A stretch of 62,817 nucleotides of DNA, filler included, from Octopus bimaculoides (taxonomy: Eukaryota), in assembly GCF_001194135.2 (NCBI RefSeq). It is 6 parts of 6 records of this genome, joined end to end, with 100 filler letters (N's around TTAATTAATTAA, not from the genome) between each part and the next. Parts side by side here need not be neighbours in the genome. Positions count along the whole stretch, not along the records: positions 25,146 to 45,892 come from NC_069004.1; positions 45,993 to 48,546 come from NC_068990.1; positions 48,647 to 54,905 come from NC_068987.1; positions 55,006 to 59,482 come from NC_068982.1; 2 more parts are not named here. One strand, given 5' to 3'. The translations under genes and the position numbers were made by a program. Each line of letters starts with the position of its first letter. The first letter of the stretch is position 1. The notes under the pieces were generated by a model that worked only from the letters and a program-made list of their open reading frames with translations, had not been told where the DNA came from and made no database searches. Below are positions 43,060 to 56,178 of the stretch, piece after piece.

Positions 43060-43860
43060 CGCGAATATTCTTCCTGACCTGGAAGAGAACCCAACTTCTG
43101 TTTAGTGCTGATCAATCTACGGTTTTGACCACATGAAACGTCCATTTCCTACCGTGTACAGAACTATGAATTTGCCCTTGAATATTCCGGGATTTAGGCG
43201 AACTGTGACGTCATGCAACTCATGGATCGAATTTTGGTTTTGCTTGATAATGATTTAAAGTGCGTTTTTATGAAGTGTGACTCACATTTTCAGTTTGATA
43301 TAGCTTTTCTACATCTTCTCTGTCTGTATTCGAAGCCAGTCTTCTTGAGAATTCCCTGATTTTCGCCAATGATTTAAGCAATCAAAGAACGCAGGTCTCA
43401 TGGATTGTGGATACCACTTCGTGACGAACATTCAGCTTGCAGCATATTTTTACGCGTTCCGAATTTTTGCTATTTCTTTCTTGCTATTTCTTTTCTGTTT
43501 AGCTTTTCTCTGTAGTTGCTATATTATGGCTTTTCTTGGCATCTCATTTTCCTGATATTTAATCGTACCAATTTTAGCTAGTTGCTTTACTGCTTTTGTT
43601 GTTTGCTCTTTTTGTTCATAGTTATCAAGTACTATGTCCTCCTTGTTCTTTTCGACATTATTAAAGAGAGAAAACAGTATTTTTGTTTTGCTCATGCTTT
43701 GTGGCTATCTGTACGAGTTTTCCATGGTTCTCAGTTAGATGTTTATGTAATTCTATGGCGGTTATTTCATACGAGTTTCTGATTGTACAAGGTCCCTATT
43801 ACCTTCAATTCGCTGTATATATAACCTTCCTCTCTTAGATTTTGGGCGGTGTATTTTAAA
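43060..43860 (-). mobile_element. Decayed non-LTR retrotransposon, R4/Dong-like post-RT region
   Basis: IHRPKSKRGRLYIQRIEGNRDLVQ resembles HHP..RLY-PR-EGGRGL-Q; followed by TAIELHKHL..GKLVQIATKHEQ; heavily degenerate. Confidence 0.6.
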
Positions 43861-44367
43861 TTCCGTCATTATTGAGCATGTCCCTTTATGACTGACGATA
43901 CATGCATCTCTGATCACGAGCAGAAATAATGGAGGAGCATCTTAGTGGTGAGGAATTCTTTGGAGTTTGAATAATTCACATCTGGCAACCTGGGGGTTTC
44001 GTTCAACAAACTTAAACAACCCTTATTCAAGGACCATCTGAGCGGGATGAACTATTCGACCTGCAAGGTGGATAATGATAGAAAAGGTAATAATGTTTGT
44101 AATATTATTAGATTTAATAACTTGTCGACATCGACTTTTATTTCCTTTCNNNNNNNNNNNNNNNNNNNNNNNNNNNNNNNNNNNNNNNNNNNNNNNNNNN
44201 NNNNNNNNNNNNNNNNNNNNNNNNNNNNNNNNNNNNNNNNNNNNNNNNNNNNNNNNNNNNNNNNNNNNNNNNNNNNNNNNNNNNNNNNNNNNNNNNNNNN
44301 NNNNNNNNNNNNNNNNNNNNNNNNNNNNNNNNNNNNNNNNNNNNNNNNNNNNATTTTTATTACCAAC

Positions 44368-44398
<31 letters not shown>

Positions 44399-44974
44399 AT
44401 ATTTTATGACTGTCATCCTCATCTTCGTCATCATCGTTCTGTTTGTATATTTGTACATCGCACTTCAAAGATAATCGTAAAATTCAACTTCAAAGACAAA
44501 AAATAAGTTCCAATGTTTTCTTAGCTTAAAAAACAAAAAAAAACAAAAATGAAATGGTCTTTTAAGGGGTAAATGGTAAAGTATCATTTTTGATATTATT
44601 TAATATGATATCTACAAGCGCGCTGGAAAAACCTTTAGCCGTGCCGGACGAAATGCTTCGCAGCGATATTTCCGATTTTTTACTCTCTAAATTTAAATTC
44701 CGTCGAAAAAGTCAACTTACGCATTCACCCTTTCAAGCTCGGTAAAATAATTACCAGTTCGGGCACATTAAATCTTATCTACTCTAGGCACAAGTCCAGA
44801 AATTTCGGAGTCGATGAAATTAAGTACCAGTTGCGTAATGGAGTCGATCTAATCGACTGGCCCTCTCCCCCGAAATTTCGGGCCTTGTGCCTAGAGTAGA
44901 AGTGAATATTAGTATTAATTATATATTGTATTAATTATATAAAAAAACAACTATAATAACTACTACTACTACTT

Positions 44975-45046
<72 letters not shown>

Positions 45047-45992
45047 TAGCTGCCATTATAAATATTGTTTGCTTATGTAGTCGTATGTCTGTATCCATAG
45101 ATACAATGTTAAAAAATTAACTTCGACAAATTTGCTGACACGAAACTTTAACAGTTTTTGCACAATGGCGGCCAAAATATTTTCTGGAAAAGTTACTTGC
45201 AATTTTATATTTTCGCCCATTAATACACAATATCACTCTGTATTTATGTTTTTCTTTTTTGAAGTTGTTTTTTTTTGTGTATATATAGATGTAGAAACAC
45301 GAGAACGTGTCTCTACCTGTAAATACATCTATTTGTGTTTGTGTGTATGTGTGAGGACGAGAGAGGGAAAGAGAGAGACTGTATATGTGTCTGTAGATAT
45401 GTATATATATCTATATATGTGTGTGTGTGTGTGTAGCTATGTGTGATCATACAAACGTTTACGTTTTTTGTGTACAAATATGGAAGAATATATGCTGATT
45501 TTAAAATTGCATAACTTTTATTCTGTAGATCAGTCTTAAAAAAACATTCTCATACATTTTTCTTCCCCTTTATGTCTCATTCTGTCTCTCCCTTTCTCTC
45601 TCTCTCTCTCTCTCCCCCTCTCTCTCTATCTGTCTCTGTCTCTCTCTTTGTATCTTTCACCCTTTATAGATCTGTTTCTGTCACTACTTATATGACTATA
45701 CGTTAACATAGGTATAAATATACGTACGAAGTCGAAACACACGCGCACACACGCTCACACACGCACACACGCACACACACACACACACATACACACACAC
45801 ACACGCACATGCGCACATAGTCGCAAGCACGCACACGTTTGTAAAATTTGATACAGGCATAAATACATATATCAAATACCTACGCACACACGNNNNNNNN
45901 NNNNNNNNNNNNNNNNNNNNNNNNNNNNNNNNNNNNTTAATTAATTAANNNNNNNNNNNNNNNNNNNNNNNNNNNNNNNNNNNNNNNNNNNN

Positions 45993-46042
<50 letters not shown>

Positions 46043-47156
46043 CGTGTGTATGAATGTATGGCTACATCACAGTGTGTATGTGTGTGTGTGTGGATGTATG
46101 GCTACATCACAGTGTGTATGTACTTGTGTAAGGAAGGAAGGAAGGACTTTCGTTATTTTCTTATGGAATTTTATGTAGATTTATTACAATTATATTTTGA
46201 TAAAATTACGCAAAGTAAAACATATAGGCAGAAGCATGCATTGTAAGCAGATACGCATCGACGGGAGATATCTCTATACATGGGAAAAATATGTAGGCAT
46301 TGTATATACTCACACATACAAACAAACACTGCTCAATAAGGTTATCAGGAAAATGTGGAAACAAAAAAAGACAAAGTGCAAATATAAATATATGAATGAG
46401 ANNNNNNNNNNNNNNNNNNNNNNNNNNNNNNNNNNNNNNNNNNNNNNNNNNNNNNNNNNNNNNNNNNNNNNNNNNNNNNNNNNNNNNNNNNNNNNNNNNN
46501 NGATTTATATATAATTGTTAAAGAGAACAACAAACGTTAAGGCAAGACAAACATCTTAAGTCATATACATTATCATTATTGGAAAAGGGTTGCACCTAAG
46601 GACTTACGGACTTACTTCTACACGATCGGAAACTTTTATGAACCGTGAACGTTTATGCTTCTTTTTTCTTCTCTTTCTTCATCTCCTTATTGCTTTATAC
46701 TTGAATTCTATGTCGCCATCTTCCCTATTCGTCTCCGATGACGGAATATCCCATACCCTTGGGTCTTCCAGAAACTGCTGTAAGACAATGAACGTTTTCC
46801 AATCATAATAATAATGTTTATGACATGAGATGTTTGCCTTCTTTAACGTTTTTTGTCCTCTTTAACAATTATATATCTGCTGCATCGGAAATCTGCAATG
46901 GCTCCATAACTACCGTCCCGGCTATATCCTTGGAGCCCTAGTAATCCGTTACAGCGCTTACCTAGCGTACTTAGTCGTTTAGATCACTTATGAACTAAAC
47001 CCCATATTTTGTAGATTTATATATNNNNNNNNNNNNNNNNNNNNNNNNNNNNNNNNNNNNNNNNNNNNNNNNNNNNNNNNNNNNNNNNNNNNNNNNNNNN
47101 NNNNNNNNNNNNNNNNNNNNNNNNNNNNNNNNNNNNNNNNNNNNNNNNNNNNNNNN

Positions 47157-47190
<34 letters not shown>

Positions 47191-47474
47191 TAAAAAAAGA
47201 ACAAACACAAGCAAAAACAACATATATATTTATATATATATATATATCAGTTTGTGTGTTTGTATATATGTATATACACATATATCCACCTATATTCGTA
47301 CATTTATACTTGTATGTGTATGTGCACGTGTGCTTATCTGTATGTGTATATATGTAAGTGTATGTGAACGAGCCCGCGTGCGAGTGTAGAGCGACACACT
47401 GCAGCAAGGGAAAGAAAGGTAAAAAAAATGACCCTACAGTTGCAAATTGTAGTCTCTGTAAGATATTATTATCA

Positions 47475-47538
<64 letters not shown>

Positions 47539-47562
47539 AATGCTTTTTCAGAATTCCGAGTA

Positions 47563-47785
47563 CAGTAATCCTTCGACTATCGCGGGCGATACGTTTCAAA
47601 ATCCCGCGCGATAGGTGAAAATCTGCGAAGTAGAAACAGTACTGTATATTTTTTTTTTAATATTTTTACTATTTGTACATATTTTTTTTTATTATTATAA
47701 ATGCAAAACAACACCATGGAGGAATCAACGTAAACTTACATAATGAACCGCGATAAGTGAACCGCGATATGGCAAGGGATTACTT
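47563..47785. mobile_element. Tigger/pogo-like MITE
   Basis: TA-CAGTAATCCTTCG ... CAAGGGATTACTT imperfect TIRs; a second copy of the same internal sequence lies at 38030-38217. Confidence 0.7.
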
Positions 47786-48343
47786 CATAACCTAAAATAA
47801 AATTCGACAGAGAAACGAAGACAAAGGATCGAGCGAGACGAAAATAACAAACGACAGAATGATGCCCATCACCACAGAAGTAAACAACGATATATGATTT
47901 GATACGTTTTATTGTCTCTTTATCTTTACGTCTTCTCTTTTCGAGGGAGGTAGATGCTGAAGAGTTCGTAATGAATCGGACTACGGGCCGCGTGTGAGTT
48001 TCTTGGATTCCATCAATGTTTACCCAATTTTACCGCGGAAATCAGGCATATCCAATCAAATTCTCAATACGTTTAACTGCGGAGAGTAGTTTTATGTGTA
48101 CATTGATCTATTTTCACTGAGAAATGTCGTGTTTGAAGCTATTTTCTATTGCGATGTGTCTAGTTTAGTGAGGAAACGTTAACAGAAAATATGAATTCTA
48201 TATTTTTTTGTGGTAAGAAGCTTGGTTCCCCACCACATGGTTCTGAATTCAGTCCCATTGCGTGGCACCTGCAGCAAGTGACTTCTACTATAACCTTAGG
48301 TCGACGAACCGAGTTAGTAGACAGAAACTGAAAGAAGCTCGTC

Positions 48344-48383
<40 letters not shown>

Positions 48384-50389
48384 AGAATTCACAAAATAAA
48401 AAATAAATAGAAAACGACGAAGACAGGTGGTGTAGAAAACAAACAGATGTATTAGTATAACGCTCAGGAACTGAAAAAGTCTTTAACGTTTCGAGCCTAC
48501 GCTCTTCCACAGAAGGGAACACAGAAAGAAACAAGGAGAGAATCAANNNNNNNNNNNNNNNNNNNNNNNNNNNNNNNNNNNNNNNNNNNNTTAATTAATT
48601 AANNNNNNNNNNNNNNNNNNNNNNNNNNNNNNNNNNNNNNNNNNNNTATATATATGTATATATATATATATATGTGTGTGTGTGTATACATATAAGTGTG
48701 TTTTCGTCAATGCATGTGTAAAATGCTTTGTGCGTGTGTTTGTGTGCGTGCGTGTGCTTGTGTGTGTGTGTGTGTGTGTGTTAGAGAGAGAGAGAGAGGG
48801 GGGGCGGTGAGATCTGACTGTCGAGTTGAATCACAGCAAACAGTTGGAATATAACAAAATTATCACCCCCCTCTATGCTGTGTGTCTTCACCGGGGACAG
48901 CACCCTATTATTACAAATAGTCCTTTATTAAGATGGCCCATCACTATTGTTGTTACACTTTCTGATGGGTTCCCTTCATCTGAACACGAACTAGCAACTT
49001 TTCATTCACTACCTCACTATATTACTTTAACTGCACCATACTCACACAAACCACACAGATCACCTCCACCCTCCAACTTACTCTTGTTACATAGCAACAG
49101 AAATACTTACCCACTAAACAGACCTCCATTAATCTGCTGCCCAGCTAAGCTACTATAATTTTCACCAATATTTGTCCCATAAACTGCATTCATTTCATTT
49201 ATTAATTCCATTCTCATAGCATGACTGAATTCTTGAGCTCTCTTTTTGACGCAATACTTCTGTTTATCGTTTAGCCCCTGTAACTCGAGTATCCTACATA
49301 AACTTATAAACTGTTAAGTGTAGGACATAGAGATGAAGATAAGAGATATCTCTAGCAATTTGAGCGGAGAATTCTGTGGATGGTTCAAAGATGATTTCAA
49401 CACACATGTACTGTTGTTAGTACATTGAGATTGATTTGAAAGTGCAAAATTATGAATAGGCACGCAGAAAAATGCTGGACTGTTGGAAATTGGTATGTAT
49501 ACAGTGGTGTTTGAGGTGGTAATGTTTGTTATATATCAAGTAATCAAAGAATAACAGAATGCAAACTTAACATATCAAGGAAAGTTAAATTTAATGTAGC
49601 TGTCCTGACTTATGAAGAATGCATTTGATGTGTGTTGAGCTGCGAAGTAAGATTTATGAAAAATACAGTTGGAGAATTAAGTGAAGATATAACTCGTTTG
49701 TTGGAACTTGCTCAGAACCTAGAATATGTTGATTTTTCATATCCTTTAATGTAGAAATGTGAGGAGTAACTGATCAAAATTGGCAAGAATACTGCAGAGG
49801 TGATACAGTAATGTAAAGAACTCATTGTGATATTCAAAATGGTGAAAAGATGGCTTTGATGCAAAGTATTCAGTCAGATGATGTCATGAAACACTTTATA
49901 ATGTGGGGGCCATATTTAAAAAATACTATGACGTGGATATAGATATAGAGTGAAAACATTCTGGCTTAAAATATATTCAGTTGAGATACAGTCAAATATT
50001 ACAAAAGTATGTTGATAATACTCGAGATAAGAAGTATCACACGCGATGTTAACAATGTTCAAAGTTTTGAAAGCAACAAGAGGATTTGAATTGAGCAATG
50101 AAAACAAGCAGATCAAAATCGAATGGATAAGAATAAAGACAAGGAAATTCATTGTAAAGTAAGCAATGAACATGTGACTTGATTTAATTTGAGTAGAATA
50201 ATTGGATCATTTTTGGATTGTGACCAGAAAAATAAAAAGAAAAAAGAAAGGAAGAGACGCTTCAAAACAACTCTAAAATAAAATACCAGTTGATTATTAA
50301 AGACTTGTGTCAATTCATTCTTTCAAATATATATTAAGTTAGAGATACATATGTATTTTGGTATATTCGGTTGTGTATGTTTCTATGGA

Positions 50390-50428
<39 letters not shown>

Positions 50429-50544
50429 CACGAGAAAATATTTGTAAAGATATCATTGACTCTATTATTATCTGGTGTAACAGTTTCAAAAGGATGGTAA
50501 TAGAATCAATAATATAGACGACTGCAGGCCTAAAAATGCATTAA

Positions 50545-50724
50545 ATAGCTGAAAGATTAAAATTAATCAAAGGACATACTAAGTATGTCTACCTGCTGGA
50601 AATAACAGTCAACACTCTTATTGAAATCTCCAAAGCTGGCGATTTAAATAAGAGTGTTGACTGTTATTTCCAGCAGGTAGACATACTTAGTATGTCCTTT
50701 GATTAATTTTAATATTTCAGCTAT
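50545..50724. repeat. Near-perfect inverted repeat, 84-bp arms, 12-nt loop
   Basis: 50545-50628 is the reverse complement of 50641-50724 with 2 mismatches by manual alignment. Confidence 0.92.
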
Positions 50725-51090
50725 GTATATTATGAGTAATAAATGAAATTTATGGCACTCTTTATTCATAACCAATATGATTGTTTTGACCTCATCATAC
50801 ACCGGTATCTTACAGGTGAGTTGCTGCACAAACAATTGTCATTCATTCTAGGAGCAGGTGCGTCACCTCGGGTAACTTTTGAAAATGTACCTCGTTTTTT
50901 ACTTTCCGTTTCACAATTTTCACTTATTTCTATAACTATTCATTTTGGTAAATGTAGCATACTATCCGTTTCCGTAAGGAACTATGTTCTTAAGAAACAT
51001 GTAATTTGGGGATACGCACGTAACGATGCGTTGAAATATTTATAAATTCCATCCAAGGATCATTATCATTATTATTACTATACACATACG

Positions 51091-51193
<103 letters not shown>

Positions 51194-52225
51194 GCAGCAA
51201 GAGACAGTGGCGGAGACAGAGACAGACAGACCGAGAAAGAGAGAAGGGGAGAGAGATATAGTGATGCAGATAAACACGATTAGGCTTGATATATTTAGAT
51301 ATAGAAATGTACAAATATACATATATACCTGATTAAGCAGTTGTGGGGGACTAACACAGACACAAAGACATGCACACACACAGACGCACATATGCGCACA
51401 CACATTCACACATATATATGTATTTACACAACAGGCTTCTTTCAATTTCCGTCTATCAAATTGGTCGGCCCAAGGTTATAATAGTAGAAGACACTTGTCC
51501 AAGGTGCCACGTTGTGAAACGAAACCCATAACGATGCGATTGGGAAGCAAACTCCTTACAAGGCTGATAGATTAGACTATTGCTTATATTTACATACATT
51601 CGTATTTATATATTCTTGTTTGTGCGTGTTTTCAGAAAAACCGACAGTGAATATGTGAAAATTTATCTCATTTTAGTGTTAAGGAATTTTGGAATTAAAA
51701 CAAGAAATATTTGTTGCTGAAATAGTGGATGATTAATTTCCCAGTTTTGTTGACTCATTAACATCTGTAATTCACACGACTCCATGTTGTGCTAAAACAG
51801 AATGTAATAATGTGAAGAAATTCTGGCAAAACATTGACTGAAGTGTAAGTTTGACAATATACAAAGACGATAGCAATAGTAACATCATACTGGGTTGGAA
51901 TGAATAGAGTCAAAGCAAAAATATTTCATCCGTATAAATCATTTCCGTATATTGTATTATTTTACACTGGGTAATACATACATACATGCATGCAAACAGA
52001 CAGACAGACACAAACATACACACACATATATATATATTTGCGTATACGTATATGCATTTTTTGTTTGAGATTTATTTAAGTTCTTTATCATGGACTTCAG
52101 GGTTGTATACATACATGTTAAATATGTATACATCGAATAAATAAATATATATATATATGTACATGCATATATATAGGGAGAATTCACAAAAAAAATTTCA
52201 ATGAATACATATTTAACATGTATTT

Positions 52226-52515
52226 ATTCTACCGTTCTCTTTTACCGAACCGCTAAATTACAGAGACGTAAACACACTACCATCGGTTGTCAAGCGATGT
52301 TGGGGGACAAACACAGACACATAAACATATACATATATATATATATATATATGACGGGTTTCTTTCAGTTTCCGTCCACCAAATCCACTCACAAGGCTTT
52401 GGTCGGCCCGAGGCTAAAGTAGAAGACACTTGCCCAAGGTGCCACGCAATGGGCCTGAATCCGGAACCATGTGGTTGGTAAACAAGCTACTTACCACACA
52501 GCCACCCCTGCGCCT
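52226..52515 (-). mobile_element. SINE family A (head and part of 3' half)
   Basis: Aligns by eye to 20946-21356. Confidence 0.8.
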
Positions 52516-52789
52516 ATATATATATATANNNNNNNNNNNNNNNNNNNNNNNNNNNNNNNNNNNNNNNNNNNNNNNNNNNNNNNNNNNNNNNNNNNNNNNN
52601 NNNNNNNNNNNNNNNNNNNNNNNNNNNNNNNNNNNNNNNNNNNNNNNNNNNNNNNNNNNNNNNNNNNNNNNNNNNNNNNNNNNNNNNNNNNNNNNNNNNN
52701 NNNNNNNNNNNNNNNNNNNNNNNNNNNNNNNNNNNNNNNNNNNNNNNNNNNNNNNNNNNNNNNNNNNNNNNNNNNNNNNNNNNNNNNNA

Positions 52790-53290
52790 GTACTGGGGAT
52801 GTTTCATTTATGAGGACTTACTCCTGTATTTGTCTGAGTGTTGGGTCCTTCGAGTGCTTTAATAAAATGCGGATGTCAAGTTAACCCAGTGTGCCTCCAT
52901 GTTGGCCTTTGGCATGTTGGATAGAGTATGGAGAACTGTTTTTTGTCGCCAAATTGTCTCAAATGTACATTTAGTCTCTCGGTAATACTTCTAGATGTCT
53001 CACCTAATATGTCATGCTCATATCTTTACAAGCACCCACTATGCACCTAATGCTGTAGACTACATTTCTAGTTCTACAGTTAATGCCGGGGTTTATCTTA
53101 CATACTATGCAGTTATCATTGGTGCATAGTTTTGATCTGATGGAGTTCCTTGGCTTTTGAACGATCTTAATGTTGAGTTTGGCCTCCTGGCTAGTTCTCC
53201 ATGGGATGTGGCCTCTACAAATATCTTTTTTTTTTTCTATTGGATAAAAATTTACGAACCCTTTACCAATATGTTCCTTTAACATTTCTC
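52790..53290 (-). mobile_element. Penelope-like retroelement remnant (GIY-YIG endonuclease region)
   Basis: CTNDNCIVC..CRTRNVVYSIRC..Y*GETSRSITERLNVH, then LDIRILLKHSKDPTLRQIQE in a shifted frame; stops and frameshifts. Confidence 0.75.
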
Positions 53291-53727
53291 TTTGATATTA
53301 ATATCAATATAATAATTCTTAATCAAAATTAAAAGAAAAGTGTGGATACAAAGTGTCGATGTCTATTCTAGAGTTTGTCGTAACTAGAATATTAATGTCA
53401 ACGAAGTAAAGTTGGGTGTTACCGCACGAGTAAAAATATAAGGAAAGGAATCTGAAAATGCCTTTTAAAAGTATTTATTAACTTAACCGGTTTCACTTAT
53501 TTGAAAAGATTTTCAAATGTAAAGTGTGAGGTATTGTGAATCCTCTATGGTGTCAAAAATTAGTTTACAAAAATGTATTCAAATCAAGTGATAGAGTCAA
53601 AAAGTAGCTTACATAATAACATTAAGATCAGGTAATAAAATTTCTTTTATAATGATAAAAAGAAAAAAATAGTTTACATGAATATATCTCGATCAAGTAA
53701 CAGAGTCTTTGGCAAGAAGATAAAATA

Positions 53728-54608
53728 CGTGATCTGATTAATAAGAATCACCTCTGCTGCCATATTAACTACGCTAAAGCATGCAGAATAAAGCCGCTTG
53801 CTACATATTGATCCTGAAGTCTGCTGTGCATGCGCACTAAATTTTCACGTTCTAGCTCACTTCCGCTGTCTACAGCGGTGTTTGGAAGGAACGTGTGTAG
53901 CGTGTGATTATCGCATTGACCATGAGAGAAAGTTGAGCAGAGAATCTGCATCAAATTTTGCCAAAAGCTTGGCGATACCCGCTCAGAGGCCTACGCAAAG
54001 TTTTCAAAAGGTTTTCATCGTTCTCGACACAATCAAGATCTTGTGCAACTGAAACTCGAATGTCTTTTTGGTCAGCTGAAAGCGGTTTGGGCACAAATTT
54101 GGTAGACACGCGTCTCATACCCAAATCTTCAGTGATAATGAACTGAACTGAACCGTAACTAATCTGCTCATCCTCTGATAACTCACGGATGGTGATTCGA
54201 CGATCTCCCCTCACAGCTGCACGCACATCTGCGAAGTTTTTCTCAGTTTTGCTGGTTGCGGGTCTCCCAGAACGTTCGTTAATATCGACATTTTTTCGGC
54301 CATATTGGAAACGTCTGAACCTCTCGTACACTTGTGTGCGGCTCATACACTCCTCTCTGTAGACTTTCTGCAACCTTACGTAGGCCTCTGAACAGGTACC
54401 GCCATGATAACTTTATCTGTTATGGTCAATGCGACGATCACACACTACACACCTTCCTCCCAAGCACTTCCAGAAGTGAGTTAGAATGTTAAAACTTAGT
54501 GCACATGCAGAACAGAGTTTAGGGTCAATAACTACCAAACGGCTTCACTCTGCATGCTTTAGCTTCGTTACTATGTCAACAGTCCGGATACTTATTGATC
54601 AGACCTCG
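53728..54608 (-). mobile_element. Mariner-derived element with two 5' ends (long inverted arms) and a truncated transposase N-terminus
   Basis: TA on both flanks; right terminus reads CGAGGTCTGATCAATAAGTATCCG on minus. Minus-strand ORF QKVYREECMSRTQVYERFRRFQ..RSGRP..DRRITIREL..LGMRRVSTKFVPK; plus-strand left arm encodes EQRICIKFCQKLGDTRSEAYAK. Confidence 0.85.
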
Positions 54609-54709
54609 TATGTATACTCTCTCTGATGAGTCAAGAAATTGTTTACATAAAAAAATTTAGATCAGGTAATAAATTTTTTATAAGATGAAAATTAGTTTAC
54701 ATGAATATA

Positions 54710-54872
54710 GGCACTGGAGTGGCTGTGTGGAAAATAGGTTGCTTACCAACCACATGGTTCCGGGTTCATTCCCACACCGTGGCACCTTGGGCAAGTGTCT
54801 TCTACTATAGCCTCGGGCCGACCAAAGTCTTGTGAGTGGATTTGGTAGACGGAAACTGAAAGAAGCCCGTCG
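54710..54872 (+). mobile_element. SINE family A 5' half, ending in (TA)n and a gap
   Basis: High similarity to the family A head. Similar head-only copies at ~3695-3850(+), 5843-6010(+), 13880-14025(-), 14855-15008(+), 16930-17075(-), 28130-28280(-), 29175-29290(+), 48205-48345(+), 51330-51555(-). Confidence 0.8.
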
Positions 54873-55005
54873 TATATAAGTATGTATATATATATATATA
54901 TATATNNNNNNNNNNNNNNNNNNNNNNNNNNNNNNNNNNNNNNNNNNNNTTAATTAATTAANNNNNNNNNNNNNNNNNNNNNNNNNNNNNNNNNNNNNNN
55001 NNNNN

Positions 55006-55175
55006 TGCTGATGACGATGATGACGACGATAATGATGATGATGCTGATGACGATGATGACGACGATAATGATGATGGTGCTGATGACGATGATGACGACG
55101 ATAATGATGATGATGCTGATGACGATGATGACGACGATAATGATGATGATGCTGATGACGACGATGATGATGACT
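55006..55175. repeat. 36-bp tandem repeat, about 4.5 near-identical units
   Basis: tgctgatgacgatgatgacgacgataatgatgatga starts at 55006, 55042, 55078, 55114, 55150. Confidence 0.85.
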
Positions 55176-55650
55176 GTGGTGGTGGTGGTGGTAGTGATGG
55201 AGATGATAATAATAACTACGGCGATGGTAATGACGACAACGGTGAATGTGCAAATATGTCTTGCAGCCTATTTGGAGTCTTGCTCCGCCACGCTGTCTCC
55301 GCACCACTTACAAACCTAATACAGTTGTAGAAGAGCTTGAAGACTAATTTGGTTGTTCAAATTAAATATCAATTTATCACGTATAACATGTTAAAGGCAT
55401 TCATCAGGGGGACAAAGGGAAGGCAACAAAGGGAAGAGATGGAATGTAAGGGAGAAGAGAATAGTGGATGACAAAGGAGATGGTAGCGTAGGTAGGTGTG
55501 GTTGTGGTGAGGATGGTCAAAGAAGGGCGGAAATATTGCAGTATCAATGTTTCTCTATGTAAATTCACAAATACCTTCTCAATTAATCTTAATTTGTAAA
55601 ACCAAGCGAAAGACATCAGCGAAACTGCAAGCGTAATGGACTACCGGTGT

Positions 55651-55713
<63 letters not shown>

Positions 55714-55716
55714 GTG

Positions 55717-55779
<63 letters not shown>

Positions 55780-55911
55780 GTGTCTGTCTATTTGTCTGTC
55801 TATTTGTCTGTCCATCTGTCTGTCTGTGCTAGTGCGTGCGTGTGTGTGTGTGTGTATGTGTGGATGTGCGCGCGCAAATGTCAGTCCGTCTGGTTCTTAA
55901 AACCTACCTAC

Positions 55912-55956
<45 letters not shown>

Positions 55957-56075
55957 AGTCTACCTATCTCTTTTTAATTCTTCTATCTACATGAGAGAGA
56001 AAAAGAATGAGAGGGAAAGAGATGGAGAGACCAATTCGCAGAATTACAGGCAAACAGGCAACACACACACGCGCG

Positions 56076-56178
<103 letters not shown>

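Noticed and set aside
47946-47993. Possible 48-bp exon EVDAEEFVMNRTTGR with AG and GTGAGT boundaries
   Set aside because: Too short to assign; its phase is incompatible with the nearby candidate exon at 46638
49300-49900. Possible decayed Tigger/pogo transposase C-terminus (LLELAQNLEYVDFS)
   Set aside because: Only a vague resemblance, many stops and no TIRs found
55006-55175. Regular 36-bp repeats as a possible CRISPR array
   Set aside because: Units are contiguous with no unique spacers, (GAT)n-derived, in a eukaryote with no cas genes
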